Shown: piece after piece, positions 59,501-64,000 of the stretch
How the letters are laid out: the number at the start of each line of letters is the position of its first letter
Numbering within the stretch: position 1 is the first letter of the stretch
Program-made: the position numbers and the translations under genes
Assembly: GCA_965153285.1 (NCBI GenBank)
Contig: OZ229110.1
Source of the DNA: Podarcis tiliguerta
Taxonomy: Eukaryota
DNA: 64,000 nucleotides
Direction: 5' to 3' (one strand)
Notes under the pieces: generated by a model
Told to the model about the DNA's origin: nothing
The model's database searches: none
What the model saw: the letters and a program-made list of their open reading frames with translations, nothing else

Positions 59501-59850
59501 TCACATCCAATAGGCCATAAACATCATTAATTAATTGTTGCAGATGTTTCCTTTTTGTTAACCATGCAGTCTAAGCTTGAAAAATACTTGAAATTTATAG
59601 GAGTCACTGTCAAAATTTTAGGTGCTGGATCCTTGAAGCAGAATTTCCAGGCACCTGGGAATTTCCAACTCTGTTAGGAAGCAAAGCACCCTTAACTTAA
59701 ACCCTCCCAGCTTTAAGTATTACCTTCTGCTTGTAGGACAACATCACAAAATAAGTCAGCTCTCTGTTGCCGGTGGAGCTGCAGGAACACCATACGGAGA
59801 AGGCGGGAATTCCGATACAGAATCTTGGGATTCGCAGCTGGAGGGCTCAT
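56572..59850 (-). CDS. BTBD18: BTB/POZ domain-containing protein 18 (2 coding exons, 712 aa)
   Basis: Exons 59850-59724 (MSPPAANPKILYRNSRLLRMVFLQLHRQQRADLFCDVVLQAE) and 58583-56572 (GEAVPAHCCILSACSPFFTERLERE...DFLYTSEMEVS...); phase-1 GT-AG intron; 2139 nt. N-terminal BTB domain, a GRVRLRK...CWEVV block and C-terminus ETEVDVVN. Adjacent to SELENOH as in known synteny. Confidence 0.95.
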
Positions 59851-61294
59851 GGCAGCAGAATTTCCGCTTTGTCAGGCACCAGATTCTGTGGGGTAGACAC
59901 AGTTCTGAGGATGCAGCTATCAAGGTCTATGAACCTAAAGTCATCTTGGAAGAAAGACCCAATGAATTCAGTGGGATGTACTCCTAAGAAAGCATGCACA
60001 AAATTAAAAATACTAGTGGTAATGCTTGAAAATAAGGCTGCAGCCTGAGGCAGAAGATATAGCTATGCAATACAAATAAAGGGAATGTGTAATGAAGAGG
60101 TAAATATGGATGATTATCAGAGAAGCTGAAGGAAGTCCAAAAAGATATAATTTGTGAAGTTTGGATAAAATTGTTTAAGTGTATTGAAATTTAATAAAAA
60201 TTTATGAAAAAAAGAAGAAAAAATAAAATCTGTGCGCAGAACAAACAAACAAACAAACAAACAAACAGATATAGCTATGCAAGTTTTCCTTCATGTAATT
60301 CTGCTGAAGAATATTCTTAAACTGCAGCACTTTCCCCCATCATACTGTCAACAATCCCCAAGACTTATTTTAGCTTTACTTCAATGAATAAATACATTGT
60401 GTTTAAGATTTTCCAATATGCCCAAATGGCCAGGAATGAAGTAGAAGAACTTGTGAACTGCTAATACCTGTGTTCTTCCTCTCTTGCAACACTGATCATG
60501 TCAGTTGCTCAAGCAATACTGCAAACCTTTTCACACCCCATTCTGAGGCACATGACTTCGGACACACAGGTTGTCAATTTCAATTTTTAAAATACACAGT
60601 AAACAAGTCAGTTCAAAAATTAAAATATTAATAGATTTTAAGCAGAACTCTATCATTCCATAGCAGTCTACTATGGAAAAAATTCCAACACTGTCTGAAA
60701 TCTACATTTGGGTGGGGGGAGAGTGCTGATCTCCCAAAAATTCACTCTTTAAACTGTATAAAAGCATAATATTTCAACTGGAAATCAGAAAAAAGTTTGC
60801 AAAAAACAAAACACATCAAATTTTGTTACGGTCTCCATATGACATCAAATTAAGCCAAAAACAAACCATTTTTCAAAGTGATGAGTATCTTAATCTGAAG
60901 CATTAGTCATCAGAAATTCTCTGTTCCTTTAAGTCATCAGAAGTTGGCCCAGTTGTAAATGGGTCACCTTTCACAGAAAATGTCTCTCTTAATATGCCTT
61001 ACTATGTTACTCCCAGCTGTATATCAGCACTGATCCTCCTGCAGCAACCTCAACTGGTAACCCATTATTTAGTTTGCATGCAAAAGAACATCAGCTGGTG
61101 GATGTTGGGCCTACATCCAAGATTTAACAGACCAGTATGATACAAATATGCCTTCTTGAAGTATTTCTTTCTTCAACAGTGACCAACTAGATGACTCTGG
61201 AAACTCAAGCAGGACACGATGACAGTATTTCTTTCCTCTTGCTGCTACCCAGCAACAGCGTTCAGTAGCATAATACTTGCTTCTGAACCACAGG

Positions 61295-61337
61295 GTGTGT
61301 GTGTGTGTGCGCGCACACACACACACACACACACACA
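61295..61337. repeat. (GT)n(GC)n(AC)n compound palindromic microsatellite
   Basis: Read directly from the sequence. Confidence 0.9.
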
Positions 61338-61626
61338 GAGCTATCATTACTAATAGCCAAAGGAAATCTCATCCAGTTTTCTAACCCCCTTTTAAAGCCA
61401 TCTAAACTAGTCGCTACCTCATTTTAAAGCAATAAATTCTATACACTAATTGTGCACCACGTGAAACAAGTCTCTCTCTCCCTTAGCAATAATGTTATAG
61501 ACCTGTCACAGCCGACTACATCATTTCTTACTTCAAAACTAAAATCCCCAAATATTGTAACTTTTCTTCATAAGGAAGGTGCTTCACTCCCATGGTCGTT
61601 TGGGCTGTGTTTTCATGCAACTTCTC

Positions 61627-61762
61627 CATAGAATCAGAGTTGGGAGGGACCATGAAAGTCATCAAACCCAACCTGCAATGCAGGAAACTTTTGCTCAACA
61701 TGGGGCACAAACCACGACCCTGAGATTAAGAGTCTCATGTTCTACCAGCTGAGCTATCCGGT
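61627..61762 (-). mobile_element. tRNA-Lys(CTT)-derived SINE with a CR1-type 3' tail
   Basis: Minus strand reads CCGGATAGCTCAGCTGGTAGAACATGAGACTCTTAATCTCAGGGTCGTGG... then ...GGTCCCTCCCAACTCTGATTCTATG. The T-arm is degenerate, so it is not a functional tRNA. Confidence 0.8.
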
Positions 61763-61843
61763 GCCACAAAATCCTTTCTCAGTTGGGGAAACCAGAACTT
61801 TGCCATCTCCTATCTTTTCATAAGCCATTATGTAGATCTAGGA

Positions 61844-62095
61844 CAGAGGTCAACACACTTTTTCAGCAGGGGGCCAGTCCACTGCCCCTCAGACCTTGTG
61901 GAGGGCTGGACTATATGGGGCGGGGGAATGAATGAACTAATTTCTGTGCCCCACAAATAACCCAGAGATGCATTTTAAATAAAAGGACACATTCTACTCA
62001 TGTAAAAACACACTGATTCCTGGAGCGTCTGCAGGCTGGATTTAGAAGGCTATTGGGCCGGATCCGGCCCCTGGGCCTTAGTTTGCCTACCCATG
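61844..62095 (+). mobile_element. Non-autonomous hAT-like element (second copy)
   Basis: Same family as 40281-40535; imperfect TSD ATCTAGGA/ATCTAAGT. Confidence 0.8.
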
Positions 62096-63199
62096 ATCTA
62101 AGTTCTAGTTTTACACTTACACAGGTCAAGTCACACATTCTTTGGTGTCTCCTTCAGAAGTCCAGAGGGTGGTAGCAAGAGAACTAGCTGTTTTTGGTGG
62201 CAACCTTGTGGAATCATATCCCCAACCAAGGAAAACTTTCCTAGTGCCAACACTGATAACTTTTTGGTGCCAGATGAAAACATTTTTACTCTTGTAGACA
62301 TGTAGGTGGATCTTACTGTTGTGGATCTTTCAGCTATTTTAGCTGGAATCTTGCTGGTTATCATTGTGTTTTAAAGTGAAAGGGTATTTACCATATGTTC
62401 TTTAATCTTATTGTGGATTATGTATATAATTTAAGGCAGTCAGGAAAGCAGCAACTCAGCCCCAGCTGAGAAACTTTCACATGGAGGGGTTTGAGTACAT
62501 ATTAGTATGCCTAATACTCAACTCCTAACAAGATCACACCCTTTGACTCTGCATTCATGCAAAACACCTGCTCTTTCTCCCCATGGCACCACACAAACAC
62601 CAACATGAAGCAGAATCCTCAGCTTTAAACAAATACACATCAAAGGGTAACCAAAATCTACCTTTGCTCCAATCCTGATTGTGAGAACAAGGGAACTGCT
62701 AAACTGTGTTTAGAATTTCAGCCTTAGTATAGATTGGTTACTACTTACAAACGTACCTAGGAGTAAATCCCACTTCCCTCAATGCAAGTTATTTCTGGTA
62801 GACATCCATAGAATGATACTGCAAGCGATCTTGAGTATACACCCTAATTGTTGTTCTGGGTAGAGTTCCAATGTCTTTAACAGCTAACAGGCCAAAATTC
62901 AACAGGGCAAGTTTCTATCTGCACCTATGTGCCAAAATTAAGGCAGAAGCCCTCATTCTGCATGTAAGCTTTTTACCCACTCACCAAAAACAAGTGACCA
63001 TCAGAAAAGGAACAGCAGCTAATTTTCAACCCCAAAAGCTTCATTCAGCTTCTATTTAGGATACCAGTTTAATTCTAAACTATCCTAAACAGATAATTTT
63101 AAACTGTTTTATCCCCAGGCCAGAAGTATCTGGTTTTATTTCATTGTAATTCTACATGTCAAGTGGCGATATTTTTGTTACACTGCTGTGTATTAAAAA

Positions 63200-63960
63200 T
63201 GCGTTTCACCTTTCCACCGCCTTGGGCCTTCGAGGCAACGAGGGCTGCAGACGCCCCACACCTCTGAAACCCGTTTCCCCACCGCTCAAAGAATTCTGGG
63301 GCCTGTAGTCCCAGCAACCCTTAATCTGCAGGGCCCAGAATTATTCAAGGGGAAGAACGCGCTTCGAAATGTGCCTTTTTAAAGGTATATCCCAAACCGG
63401 TAAAGAAGGCGCCACGAGGAAGCAACTTCCATCAAGAGTGGCAGGTATGGGGCATACATATTACAACCAAACAGAAGAAGAAACCTACAAACCAACCGTT
63501 GAGAGCCGCCCGTCCCTGAGGAAACGTCGACTCGCTTCCCCCCTCGACGCCCCACCCCAGGCCCACGGAAAGAGGGAGAGAGCCCTCAGGGGCGCCTGCC
63601 CTGGACTCCCCGGGGAGCCGCCCGGCCCCTTCCTCCGCGGCAGGAGCTGCCACCGGCGGGTGCCCGTCCGCAGTCGGAGCCTCTCGGCCAGGAGCGGCGC
63701 TTCGGCGTGGCGCTGCAGCGGCCGGTGGGAGCCGCTTCCCGGCAGGAGCTGCCTTCCTCGCGCCACGCCGCCCGCGCGAGGCTCCCTGCAAAAAAGGGCG
63801 CCGAGTGGCAGAAACAGCCCTTTCATTGGCTGAGGGCCCCGGGGTGGGTGGGGCCGGCATTCGGCAGGACGAAACGAGGTCCTTAAACATATAGACCCCT
63901 CTTAATAAAGAGGGAAGGGGGTGCGGAGGTTGCCAAGGCACTTTGGGCTGCGCCTGGTTA
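63200..63960. promoter_or_regulatory. CpG island, probable BTBD18 promoter / non-coding first exon (may also face the next gene beyond the window)
   Basis: Sharp rise in GC and CpG, ATTGG at 63825, GC-rich boxes; 3.4-4 kb upstream of the BTBD18 ATG exon. Confidence 0.65.
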
Positions 63961-64000
63961 TGGGGTTGTTGTGCTTCCAAAGTTGGGCAAGCATGGCACG

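Noticed and set aside
61690-61762. Possible tRNA-Lys(CTT) gene on the minus strand
   Set aside because: T-arm/B box is degenerate and it is fused to a CR1-type tail, so it is a SINE.
63369-63980. Overlapping 113-182 aa ORFs
   Set aside because: Expected stop-codon depletion in a GC-rich CpG island; Pro/Arg/Gly-rich with no domain.

Overview
This is vertebrate genomic DNA from a squamate, probably a lacertid lizard, judged from its Sauria/Squam1, Squam3-like and tRNA-Lys/CR1-tail SINEs plus BovB, CR1 and L2 LINEs. It holds the conserved block ZDHHC5(+, first coding exon not found in the window) - MED19(-) - TMX2(+) - SELENOH(+) - BTBD18(-), ending in a CpG island. I rebuilt all exon chains by hand from GT-AG junctions and reading-frame phase. 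The ORF track misses the main signal, a complete selenocysteine-recoding unit in SELENOH: in-frame UGA in CKSU, a hairpin just 3' of the UGA, and a type II SECIS in the 3' UTR. Other highlights: a U12-type intron in ZDHHC5, a CCAAT-dense bidirectional MED19/TMX2 promoter, and two WDR5-WBM-like motifs at the BTBD18 C-terminus. There are also many hAT/Tc1-mariner MITEs and SINEs with intact target-site duplications (TSDs), and a speculative spliced small ORF between ZDHHC5 and MED19. I found no prokaryote-type novel system; the novel items are hypotheses about known genes.
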